Source: Rebecca billardiae RCC1528 (Eukaryota; Protista; Haptophyta). Taken from it: DNA of 64,000 bases. The position numbers and the translations under genes were made by a program. Position 1 is the first letter of the stretch. Each line of letters begins with the position of its first letter. Positions 51,868 through 63,110 of the stretch are shown here, piece by piece. The notes under the pieces are model-generated. The model saw only the letters and a program-made list of their open reading frames with translations, did no database searches and was not told where the DNA came from. The DNA lies in assembly GCA_965240325.2 (NCBI GenBank), contig OZ251241.1, forward strand, positions 992,001 to 1,056,000, in the 5' to 3' direction.

Positions 51868-54800
51868 CTAGTGGTGGCCGTACAGCATCTCGGCGTACGT
51901 CGGGAACGGGTAGAGCGCCTTCTCGATCAAGCCCTCGCACACGTCCGCCACCTTGCGCACCGCCACCAGCTGCGGCACGATCTTGTCGCGGCAGAAGTGC
52001 GCCTCCTCGGCCTCGCTCGCGCCGTGCGGCATGCCGGCGCAGATGTCGGCGAGCTTCGACGACTCCGCCTGCAGCGACATGTACACGGCTTCGCGGTCGC
52101 CGGCGAGCTTGGTGCCCTCGTACGTCTTGAGGTCGCGTGCGCACGCGGGGACGAGGGCGGTGTTCACCATCTCGATCAGCGTCGTCGCCTCGATCTTGAT
52201 CTCGATCGAGTAGATCTCAAACATCACGGCCTGCCGCGCCTCCACCTCCTGCCGAGCCGAGCCAGCCAACAAAATGGCGGGTGCGCGCGCGCGCGCGAGC
52301 AAGGGCGTGGCGAAGGCGAGGGCGTGGGGTGAGCGGCGGTGGCGAGCGGCCCGGCAGGATGCGCGCACTTCACCCGCGCGCCGACATCGCGCACGCACGC
52401 ACGCGCGCCGCGCGCGCACCTCGGGCAGATACACGCCGTGCTTCTCAAACAGGGTCTTGTTCTTGTCGGACGCGAACGTGTCGAGGGCGAGCACCGTCGA
52501 GCTGAGGTTCTTGAGGCCGCGCTTCTCGACGGCCTCGACGGGCCAGGCGGGGTCGTAGCCGTTGCCGGTGAAGACCGCGGGGAGCGACTCCTTGAGCATC
52601 TGCGCCGTCGCGTCGCGCGCCGACATGCCGCCCTCGACCAGGTCCGACCACACGCAGAACGCGTCGGCGAGCGCGGTGTTGATGATCACGTTGGCGTGCG
52701 CCACGTTAGCCGAGCCGCCGACCGCGCGGAACTCGAAGCGGTTGCCGCAGTGCGGGAAGGGCGCGGTGCGGTTGCGGTCCTCCGCGGCGACCATGATCTC
52801 CTGGCAGTTGTTGCACCCGTACTTGAGCCCCTTCGAGTCCCCGGCGTAGCCCTCGAGCGGGCCGCCCTCCGCGACCGCCTTCATGTGCGCCTCCATGCCC
52901 ACGCCCGGGAAGAGAGACATGATGGCAGGCGGCGCCTCCTGCGCGCCGAGCCGGTGGTCGTTGCCCGCGCCGATGCACGCGCAGCGCACGACGTCGCCGT
53001 GCTTCATCATCGCCCACGCGAGGCACGACGTCGAGACGGTGTAGCGCCGCTGGTCCTCCGGCTTCGAGCCCGGCTTCATCAGGTTGACCGAGCCGCCGCC
53101 CGGCGACGAGAGGAGCCCCTGCACCGACCAGTTGTTGTGCTTGCCGTTGCCATTGATGCCGGCGAACGGCTTCTCGTGGAAGAGCACGCAGAGGCCGTGC
53201 TTGTCCGCGAGCTCGTGCATGATCTCCATGCACAGCATGTTCTGGTCGGTCGCCACGTTCGACACCTGGAAGATCGGCGAGAGCTCGTGCTGCCCCGGCG
53301 CCACCTCGTTGTGATAGACGACCATCGGCACGCCAACAAGCCAGAGCTCCTTCTGCACGGCGCGCATGTACGCGTCGACGGAGTTGGGGATCTGGCCGAA
53401 GTAGTGGGCGTCGGCCTGCTGCCCGCGCGCGGGCGGCGCGCCGATGAGCGTGCGCTTGCAGTGCAGCAGGTCCGGCCGCTCGAGGTACGCCTTCTTCGAC
53501 ACCACGAAGAACTCCTGCTCCCAGCCGACGTACGTAACGACCTGCGCAATGTTCTTCTCGCCGAGGTTGGCGAGCAGCCGCTTGCCCTGCACGTCCATCG
53601 CCGCCATCGAGCGGAGCAGCGGCGTCTTCTCGTCGAGGGCCATGCCGTTCCACGCGACGAAGCACGACGGGATGTACATCGTCTCGCCGCTGCGGCCGGG
53701 CAGGCGGGCGCACGCCGCGGGCACGCGCACGCGGCTGAGCGCTGTGCGCTGGCAACACGCGCGCATGCACGACTCGCGCGGCGCGCGGACGGCGCGCCGC
53801 GCGCGCACCGGACGAAAGGCGGCGACTTCATGTCCCACGAGTTGAAGGCGGCCGCCGTGTGCGTCTGCCGCAGCCCGCCGTTGGGGAACGACGAGCCGTC
53901 CGTCTCGGCCATGAAGAGCTTGCCGCCGTCGAAGTCCTGTCCACGGCGCGCGCGCAAGTCACGAGCGAGTCACGGGGTCGACGGATAGCGCGGACGGGCG
54001 GAGGGGCGAGGGGCGCCCGGAGGGGTTGGGAGGCGGCATGGTGAGCGGCGCGCCGAGCCGGCGCGTGCGCACGCGCGCGCGTGCACGCACGCCCCACGCC
54101 CCCCGACGGCACCGCACAGCGCCACGCCGAGCCGCTCACGAGGCCGCGGCCCGCGCGTCGCCCGAGCGGGCGCCGAGCCCTTGGGTGAGGTGCACGCTGC
54201 GCGCGAGGACCCGCACCTTCTTCATCGGGCGGACGAGCGAGGGCGTGGTGAAGTCGAGGTCGATGAAGCCTGCGCGCGAGGGAGGGCGACGCGCGCGCCG
54301 GTCGTCAGCCGGGGGGTCACACCCACCACGTCCGTGCCGCACGGCGCATCACAGGGGCGCGCGCCGCGCGCGCGCCAGCCGCGCGCGCTCGCTCGCAACG
54401 GCCGCGCGTGTTCCGAGGCGCGCACCGTCGTGCTTCTGAGCGCAGGTGCCACGCATCGGCGCGAACCAGTGCGCGAAGTTAACCGCGCCGCGCTTGACCG
54501 CCCAGTCCATCATCGCCTTGGCGATCTGGTCCTTCGTCTCCTTCTTCAGCGGGGCGCCGGTGAGGCGCGCCTGTGCGGGGGCGGGCGTGCGCCATGGGAG
54601 CGCAGGGGTGGGCGCGCGCACGGTCAGCGAGGGCAGGCCTCAAACGGTGGCGATCCGGAGCAGCGCGCGAAGTGGCAAGCGTGGCGCAAAGATTTTGACG
54701 CGTGCGCGCAGCCAGCACGCTGGTGCGCGGATCGTGCCATGCCACCGCGCGTTGCAAACACGACGCGAGCACGCGTGCTGCGTGTGCGCATGGGCTCGCG

Positions 54801-55018
54801 CGCGCGTGCGCGCTCGCGGGGGCGCGCACCTGCTCGAGGGCCGAGAAGGCCGCCGGCGCCGCCTGGCGCAGCTTGTCATCGGTGTACACGTTCGCGCCAA
54901 GGAACGAGGGCGACAGCGCGTAGCCAACCTCCTTCGTCGCCTCGATCTCGGCGGTCGACTTGGGCGTCGCCGGCGGCGGCGCAGGCTTCTCGGGGGCCTT
55001 AGTCTTGAACAGGGTCAT
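51868..55018 (-). CDS. glnN: Glutamine synthetase type III (6 exons: 55018-54830, 54570-54426, 54269-54217, 53936-53809, 53689-52420, 52248-51868)
   Basis: AMMDWAVKRGAVNFAHWFAPMRG..AQKHDGF, ETDGSSFPNGGLR, GWEQEFF, HNEVAPGQHE, HEKPFAGINGNGKHNNWS, NDHRLGAQEAPPAI, DRNRTAPF..GNRFEFRAVG, YPFPTYAEML. No obvious targeting peptide. Confidence 0.95.
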
Positions 55019-55368
55019 GAGGAACGGCGCCGTGGCTGGGGCGGCTGCAGGGCGACGGGTACGCGTGGTGCGGGCGGCAGATGAGCCCGTTGGGACGCGC
55101 ACGCGCGCGGCTCATGGACGCGTGCGGCGGGTGTCGGGCGCGCACAGGACGAATGCGCAGGGCAGGGCCGACGATTTTACGCCGCCGAAACTGCGATGCG
55201 AAGTCACCGCGTGTTGTTCGCGGCCACGGGATTCTGGTCAGACCGCGAACGGTCACGGCCCTTGGCATCGTGGCCCTTCGCGAGCTTCGTGGACTGAAAT
55301 ACCTCAAATAAAAAGAGTCGGCGACCTATGCAAAGTGTTTAGAGCGCAGTTTGAAGCGTGATCTGCAC

Positions 55369-55379
55369 GCTGATTGGCC
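55369..55379 (-). promoter_or_regulatory. CCAAT box (GGCCAATCAGC) upstream of GSIII
   Basis: NF-Y-like consensus in sense orientation about 355 bp upstream of the GSIII ATG. Confidence 0.3.
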
Positions 55380-56559
55380 CGTTGGAGACTTGGAGTCTGA
55401 TTCATTAAACACCTCCCACTCCCCAAATAAAAAAGTGATCACCAACAATTCAACAGCCACTGCCACCGTGTCGAGTTCTCCCTTGCCCAGCAGACAATGG
55501 ACACGCGGGCGCGCGGCCCACATCCCTCCACGATGCAACGCATGGGTCGCCGCCCTCATCCGGCAAAGGATGTCTCACTTGGTTGTAGCTGAGGGTGCTG
55601 TCCCACACGCAGCACGTAGCCTACACCTCGCAGTACCTCCCCACTGCCGCCCCGCGCAGCCCGTCGTTGCCAGCCGGCCCGCATGCAGCATAGGCGCAGC
55701 TTGATGCCGCATGTTCGCGTCTCCGTGACGCGCTACCGGCGAGCAGACTGATGCTACCTGCGCCGGTAGCATGCGGCAGCCAATGTCAGCTCTGCGCCGC
55801 CTTGGCTGCCAACGTCACGAGTCACGAGTTGAGGCCTTGTGGCGCCAGGCGGGCCCGTGCCACTGAGACCGAGCAGCGAACGTTTTAGCTTGCAAACGAA
55901 GTGTTCTGCTATATTTATGCGTTGAAAGACTTCAGTATTGTAGTAACGCCGTCAGATGCGTCCGCAGTCTACATATCAGTCATGGAGTAACATCCACTGA
56001 ACAGCTCAGCAAACGGCTGCGAGCCATGGGGCCCGCTGCGACACAGTCGCAGAGAGTGCTGTGAAGTGTGAGACTTCACATCCGCGTGGCCAGGAAGTCT
56101 TGGTCAACTCTTCCGTAACCGGCACTGAGTCGTGACTGTAAGCAGGGTACACTTATCTTGTTGAGACCCGGAATATTAGACTCTCAGAATCGCGATGCCC
56201 GCCTGGCCAGGCGCGGCGTCTCTCGTGGTGTAACGGACGGTTGGCCGAGATGTACTCAGTCTCAGATAACAGCAGACGATCGTGCTGTCTTCTCTGCTAC
56301 AGCGGTCCGTGGAGAGGGCCGGAGAGTGGCATGGCCGGAGGGCCGCGCCCAGCGCAAGGCTCCCCCTCATGCTGCTGCAGCGGCCCTCCAGCTGCCAACC
56401 GGACTTTCCGCGCTGGGGGAACTTGGGGGCCGGAATCTTCCGAGTTCCGATCTCTGATGAGCGCGAATCTGCGATTCTAGTATTCTACTAGTGAGTTTGG
56501 CACACAAAGCCGCGAACTCGACGCCAGCCATCGCCTCGGCTTGCAACTACGCGGCGGTC

Positions 56560-57330
56560 ATGAGCAGCAGGTCTGCGCTGCTCGTGATCGGCGGGAACGG
56601 CTTTGTCGGAAGTGCTGTCTGCGCCGCCGCGATCGCCCGAGGCGTGGCTGTCACCTCGATCTCGCGGTCGGGGCAGCGGCCGAGCCATTTGGCCGGTGCA
56701 GCGTGGAGTGACAGCGTGCAGTGGGAGCAGGGCGACGCGCTGGAGCCGAGCAGCTTCGCGCAGGCACTGCGCGAAGCTCGAGCGGTGGTCGTCTCCGTGG
56801 GCTCGCCCCCGCTACCCTTCGTCGATTACGACTACCAGGTGCGCGCCAACGGAGAGACGAACGCGAAGGTGGCGCAGGCGGCGCGTGACGCGGGCGTCGA
56901 GCGGCTCGTGATCGTGAACGCCGCGATGCCGGCGTGGCTTGACCGGGTTGCGCCGGGCTACGCCGAGGGCAAGCGCCGCGCCGCCGCTGCCGCCGCCGAC
57001 TTCGCCAGCGCCCCGCCGCATGCCGCTGCGGTGATCAAGCCATCGGCCATCTACGGCACGCGGCATGAGTCGACGCCGCTGGGCACGATGCCGATCCCAC
57101 TCGGGCTGTTCCTCGGGCCCGCGTCGTTTGTGCTGCAGCGAGCGCCGCTGCAGACGATCACGCGCCTCGCGCCGTACGCGTTCGACGGCGCCCTCCTGCC
57201 GCCGGTCCCCGTGCAGTCAGTCGCGGCCGCGGCCGTGCGCTGTGCGCTGGACGATGGCGCGCTGAGAGCGGGCTCGGTCCAGACTGTCGACGTGGACGAG
57301 ATCCTGCGCGCAGGGGAAGCGGGAGCTTGA
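56560..57330 (+). CDS. Atypical SDR / NAD(P)-binding Rossmann protein, COQ11-like
   Basis: LLVIGGNGFVGSAVC, SISRSG, VQWEQGDAL, RANGETN, GYAEGKRRA (YxxxK), KPSAIYGTR, LLPPVPVQSVAAAAV. Confidence 0.8.
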   Translation: MSSRSALLVIGGNGFVGSAVCAAAIARGVAVTSISRSGQRPSHLAGAAWSDSVQWEQGDALEPSSFAQALREARAVVVSVGSPPLPFVDYDYQVRANGETNAKVAQAARDAGVERLVIVNAAMPAWLDRVAPGYAEGKRRAAAAAADFASAPPHAAAVIKPSAIYGTRHESTPLGTMPIPLGLFLGPASFVLQRAPLQTITRLAPYAFDGALLPPVPVQSVAAAAVRCALDDGALRAGSVQTVDVDEILRAGEAGA

Positions 57331-57943
57331 TCTGCGAGCAGCCGAGCCAATCGTCCTGCGACGTGAACGACCGCGCTTTCACAGGGACACTCTGCTCCCC
57401 GCGTGGCCTGGCATCGTGATGGAGCACAGAGTCCCGACGACGGACGAGTACTGGCGGCGCGCAGCTCCGGCTCATCGGGACTACTCGTCGGAGTCGTGAG
57501 TATATAGTCGGGTTTGCGGCCCGGCGGCCGAAGCCCTCGGGCCAGCGACTGACGCCTGTGACTGACACCCGGCGGAGTATAAGCAGCTCGTCACGGCTTT
57601 GTCTAATCATAATCAGTCTGTCGGCAGGGCAGATCGGATCACGACTGCGGACACGGACGACATTGCAGATTGCTGGTAGTGGTAACTACTAACTGACTGC
57701 GGTGCCCATCCCATGATCCGAGCGGCCGGCTGATAATGATAATAATAATGGCTTGATGCCAGGCGTCGTCACGTCCGGTCGTATTCAGCGCGTGTTATCG
57801 TTATATTATAAAATTATTATTGCCGCGACTACAGGCTGAGAGCTCGTCGGACCATATGATGGCCCGCGGTGCAGGGCGGAGCGCGCAGCGTGGAGCCCGC
57901 ACCAGCGGGCCCGAACCACGTTTCAAAAAGATCTTTGATCAAG

Positions 57944-57988
57944 AAAAAAGGGACGGGGGGCGCAGCGGAAAAAAAGGGACGGGGGGCG
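57944..57988. repeat. Two-copy aaaaaagggacggggggcg direct repeat, possible subterminal repeat of a DNA transposon
   Basis: Repeat seen directly; an A-tract-rich segment follows and ends ...gattccc|ttaa at 58081. Confidence 0.6.
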
Positions 57989-58746
57989 ATTTTTAGGGCT
58001 GGCGGAGACCGAGTTTCGAGTTTTTGAGATCGCATTGAGAGGTCTATCAGGCCAAAAAAAACCGCGCCCAGCTGATTCCCTTAAGTAAAGTGCGATCTGG
58101 ACGTCAGCTGGACGTGACATTAGTGTAACGGTTCGTTACGAGCGAATCGTACTCGTCTTCCCGGATCGCGTGACGTCCGGACTGGGCCACATCCGGATCG
58201 TCGGAGGTGACGTGCCCCGGCACGATGGGCGATGGCGGATATGCGGGACGGCGCCTGCACGTGCCTCCGGACCCGCCTCCCGCTTGCTGCTCACGCAGTC
58301 AGCTGCGACCGTGGCGCATGATCGCAGAAGCAGTGCCGGCAGTACGGCCTGCATCAGCTAGTGCCGCGCCGTCGTGGCGCGCGCGGTACGGTTGCGCGTT
58401 TGCAGCGCTCGCCCGGCTCGGCGACGGCACGCGCGTGCGGCTCAGGTGTGTCAAATGCGGTCTCGTCGGCGCGCTTTCGCCTGCCACCTCGTGCACCCGT
58501 GTCGCCAGTTTCATCGTCTTCATGAGGACTGCTGCTGCTGTCGCCATCCGCTCTCCATCACCCCGAGTCGCCGGTCGCGCGGCGCGCGCGGTAGGCACTA
58601 GGCAGGGCGTACGGTCACTCACCCGTGCAACGGGTCAAGTGGCCAGAGTACGTCTGGTCGTTGGCTGGCACGGGCCGCAGCGCTAAAGCACCCTGCTGTC
58701 ACACCCGACTCCTTCAGTACTCCGAGCTCCGCGGCACGACTCACTC

Positions 58747-58900
58747 GGCACGATCGCGGACGGGTCGGATCCGAGCTGATCAGCCAGAGTTGGACACAGT
58801 TTGGCATCAGCTACTAGTAGTAATTCCGATGCCGATGGCACGATCGCGGACGGGTCGGATCCGAGCTGATCAGCCAGTTGGACATTTGGCAGCTAGTTGT
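58747..58900. repeat. Two-copy direct repeat with 90-bp spacing
   Basis: ggcacgatcgcggacgggtcggatccgagctgatcagccag at 58747 and 58837. Confidence 0.92.
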
Positions 58901-61529
58901 CAGACGGACGTCCGATTTGACGACCGGTGCCGGGTGCGGTCTCAGGTCCGCTGCTGTGATTGTGTGAAGTGTGAATGAGTCTCGCGGTCGCGCAGGCAGG
59001 GCGACGGTCGGACTAATATAGCTTCAGTCATCTCAGAACCGACTTCAACTGGCGAACTGCCACTACGGCGGAGAGCCGCGATTGCACGGCCACCGCGGGC
59101 CCCCAACTGCGTTGATTCTATGCAGAAAAGGACCGCGGAACGCGGTCATATATATATATATATATACACACATCAGCTATACATGTATATATATATCTAC
59201 ATGTATATCGCGCATAGTCCGGCGTAGGCAGAGTAGTACATGCAGCAGGTGGATATTCCCTGATGGGTTGTCTCGGGACAGTGGCCGGCCCAACTCACGC
59301 GGAGGCCTCTTTGTGAGTGATATATATACGCGATTGCGTGAGCATCATTGGGGTCGAAGGTAGGTGGGCCCACAGCCATTTAATAATGAAAACAAAATCT
59401 CTCTAGCTTTTTCGGGCCGCTGCCGTGCTCTTTTTCTCGCGCTGAAGTCCCTTTTCCAGGCCGCCAAACTCCCTGTCCGGGAAGCCGGTCGATCGCGAAA
59501 GCGATGACCGGGATCGACCTTGTGCGCGTCGTCAGCACGTTGTCCGCCGCGCTTGCCCGTCTGCCATGCGAGGCACGCTGCGCCGCACGCCCGTGGCGTG
59601 CTGCGTAGCCCTCTGGAACGAGCCATGCGAACGGTTCATCCTTGGGCCATCTTCCCGGTCCGCCATCTCTCGCCGACAGTCGCGCGTTCAAACACGGGAA
59701 CAGCTTTGAGGATTGTAATGCGAGCACAACGCGAGCTTGGGACACCCTTGAACGAACTGGTACACTCCGGAGCGTTACTGGTACAGCATCTACATGGTAT
59801 CCTGGCAAGGCCCAGCTACTTCTGCGGCCCTGCAGAGACCCGCCTCGTCGGTCAGGTCCCCGGAAGTCTGTGCGGTGTGACCGAACGCTATGGCTGTTCA
59901 CATGATCGTGGGCGTCTTGGGGAAGGATCTGATGGTCAAACAGCGGTCAAAGTGGATGCGTGTGCCGTCTGTTACCTCCCCGGCCTCGACTCAACTCTCA
60001 GTGCCGACGCACCTCAGGTGTTTGGAAGCTACGAGCCCCTTGGAGGGCCTCGAGCCACACGATTGCACGAGGTCGGGCTGCGCGTCAAGCCGGGTAGATC
60101 GCAGCTGATGCGCTTGTTGAGCCCTGTCGTGGCTCTACGCGTACCTCAAGAGCCCAGCTACTCCCCCGCGCGGCCGCACAGCAGTCGCCCCGCCTCTGCT
60201 TGGTCATCCGCTGTGCGCCGTGCTCGCTGCGGACAGTACAGTTTATGCGTTCACCAGCGATTTGAGCCCTTCGTGAGCCTGCCCGAGCACGTTGGTGGCG
60301 CCGCCGACGCCGGTGCACGGTCAGCAGGCGTACCAGCTTGCCTGCGAGCCATGTCTCGCCCTGCTGCCACGCAGGAAGCGGTGATGAGTGCACATCGCTA
60401 CGCGCGCGCGTGCACCACGGCGAGCCAGCTCGGCGCTGCGACGAAGCGGCCGTTGCGCACAGTTAGGCAGAGGACGGTCCAGCTGAGGACAGCTCGGACA
60501 CAGCTTGGTCGCAGTGTAGAGCAACGGTTAGGTCGGGGCACGAGAAAAGGCGTTCGATGCATAGCAGTGCCTGCCTTGAACGCCACAGATGAGCTCTCGA
60601 CGAACCTTGTCCGCCGTGTTTACGCTGCGGGCTGCTGGATGTGCCCGGCGCCGCGTGCCCCACTCCTGCTTGCCTTGACCACGGCCGGCGGGCTGGCGCC
60701 GCGACTCGGTTAGGCTCAATCTTTGCCCACGGCTCCTTAAGACTCATCCTTCGAGGGTAGAAGGGTTGGAAAAATTCTTAGGTGTCACATGCACGCCGTA
60801 CGGCTGCTACGAGAGCAGTCTGAAACAGTCTGAAATACTATGGCAGCCATGCTGATCAGCATGGCGGTGTATATGTAACGCACGGGTGTAACGGCCGTTA
60901 TCCCGTATTCTCACAGTGCCCGTATATACGCCGTATATGTGACAATGGGTGTGCATGCTGCTGAAGACCTATGATTAGGGGGTCCATGACAGCAGCCCAC
61001 TGATTTGTGATTTTCGACAACCATGCGATTTAGGTGTCTGACGAGCGAGGCGCTTGCGAAGGCACCCACAAATATGTCCCGGAACCCAGCCCAGCCGTCA
61101 GAAGCACGCAAAACCGACTCCGCGTGCCGTCGCGCGGTCATGCGCGCGCGCCAGCTGCGCCACTGTGTCACATACAGATTCAGCCAAACGTCAACGACTT
61201 GTTATGGCGGCTAAATGACGGTATATCGCCGAACTTACTTATTCATAACCGTTGCAACCCGCCCAAATAAAATTACGGCGGAATTGCTGATTTTTAGAAG
61301 GCACGATGAGTGCGCGTAGAGGGCGAGGAAAAACTACTCCAAGATCGAGCATGTTACCCATTTAATTAGAGACACGTACCCGTATATATGCGCATATCTA
61401 CCCGCTTATTATATAATGCGGGTGTGTTTTAAATATATATTCAGGGTGCTGTCAATATGAGGGTACCTTGTTCACTATTCGTGCTGGGTCATCCGAATAG
61501 GCCGCGCCGCCGCGCGGAGACGGCGGGCT

Positions 61530-63110
61530 CATGCCACTCGAACCGTGCCGCAGCAGGCCCGGACGGACCTGATGCGGGCGGCGGGCTGCGTGCCGAAGCA
61601 CACTACCAAGCCCACCTCTGAGCATGCCACCATCCCCATAGTCGTGAGAGAGTCCTCCGCCATCGAGGCTTGCGTGCGCAGACTAGCAGTCGCCGCCGCC
61701 GAGCTTGCCGCGGTCCGTTCGGCGACTTCCGTGCCCGTGCTCTGTGTCACCGGCGTCGTCGCCGTTCGTCGTACCCTAGCCCACGCGAGGGCGTCACCGG
61801 TCCACCAGTACTGCGGCGGACTGCGCGCGCTTCGCCGCGCGCTCGCCCTCGAGCTCCGCCGCTCTCCTCTCGCGCTCGAACTCGGCGCAGTCGGCAGCCA
61901 TGGCAGCCCGCTCGGCCGCAGCTCGATCTGTGCCCCCGCTCGGTTGCGTTGGCGCGCAAGCTGGCGCGCGCAGCGTCGGCGACGGCGCGCGCGATCGCCT
62001 TGCGCGACGAGTTCAGCTCCACCTGCTGCTCCGTCAGGCGCACCTGCTGCTCCAAGATGATCGCGTGCTCAGCAGGAGTCACGCGCTGCTCGTGCAGCTG
62101 CACCTGCACGCGGCCTGCTGCGGACGCGCGCGGCGCGCTGGCGTCGGGGGGCGAGTAGAGGTCGCGGAAGGGGCAGCTGTCGTCGCCGGCGCCCAGCGAC
62201 GTGTCGTCGACATCCAGCTCCGCCTTCCTCTCCGCCGCCGACGCGCCCTGCTTCCGGCTCAGGATGCGCTCCATGTCCTCGTGCTTGCCCTTCCACCACC
62301 TGTGCACGGTCATCAGCCAGATGCCGATCACCTCGAGCCGCGGCGAGTCGTGGCGCAACGAGATGCCGAGCGCATCCACGCAGACGAGCGTGAGCGCCTT
62401 GGGCTTCTTCGTCCGACCGTCGCGCGCGGTCTGGGCGCACGCAGGGGTGAACACTCTGACCAACGGCTTGTGCTTCTTCGAGTTCTCAAGCATGAGCTCC
62501 ACGAGACCACGAGCGTGCGGAGGAGGTCGAGGAGCATGAAGTCGAGCACCGATGCGTACCGCGGGCGAGTGCCGGCCACGCGCCAGCTGGTCGAGGGCTG
62601 TAGCACGTGGATGGCGCGCGCCGCCACCGCCGTCTCCTCGAGCTGCTGCGCGCTGACGTTGACGTCAGGCCGTAGCTCGGGCCTGCACGGTTGCTCACAG
62701 TCGAGGCCGTCCGCGGAGGAGGCGAGCCCCTCGGCGGTGCCGGCAGGCACCTCGGGCGGGTCGCACACACCCATGGGCACGCGTGCATCATCATCTGCCG
62801 CGCCCTGGACCTCGTCATGCCCGGCACAGCGGTCCGCAAGTTGGTCGGCGGCAGCTGGCCCTTGCGGCAGAGGCGTCGCGGGCACGTCCGAGGGCGAGAT
62901 GGCAGCGACGGGTGGGGAAGGAGACAGTGTCCAGTCGTTGTCGATGCCCATTTCACCATATTGCGCATGTTCGTCTCCGTATTGCTCTCCTGCACGTGCT
63001 CCTAGGACGCGCTCCTTGGTCGCGAGCAGCACACGTCGAGCACGCAGATTCAAATGATGAAGCACGAGCGTCGTTTGGCCAGCGACTCCCAGCGAGAGCC
63101 CGGTCCACAT
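61530..63110 (-). pseudogene. Frameshifted unknown gene or TE-associated ORF with a coiled-coil segment
   Basis: Coding-like frames 63110-62500 and 62502-61935 abut with a frame change. A further shift gives AERAAMAADCAEFERERRAAELEGERAAKRAQ, then stops. No domain recognised. Confidence 0.4.

Noticed and set aside
55300-56480. Possible hidden gene or retroelement fragment between GSIII and the SDR
   Set aside because: Only short ORFs with no recognisable motif or host codon bias.
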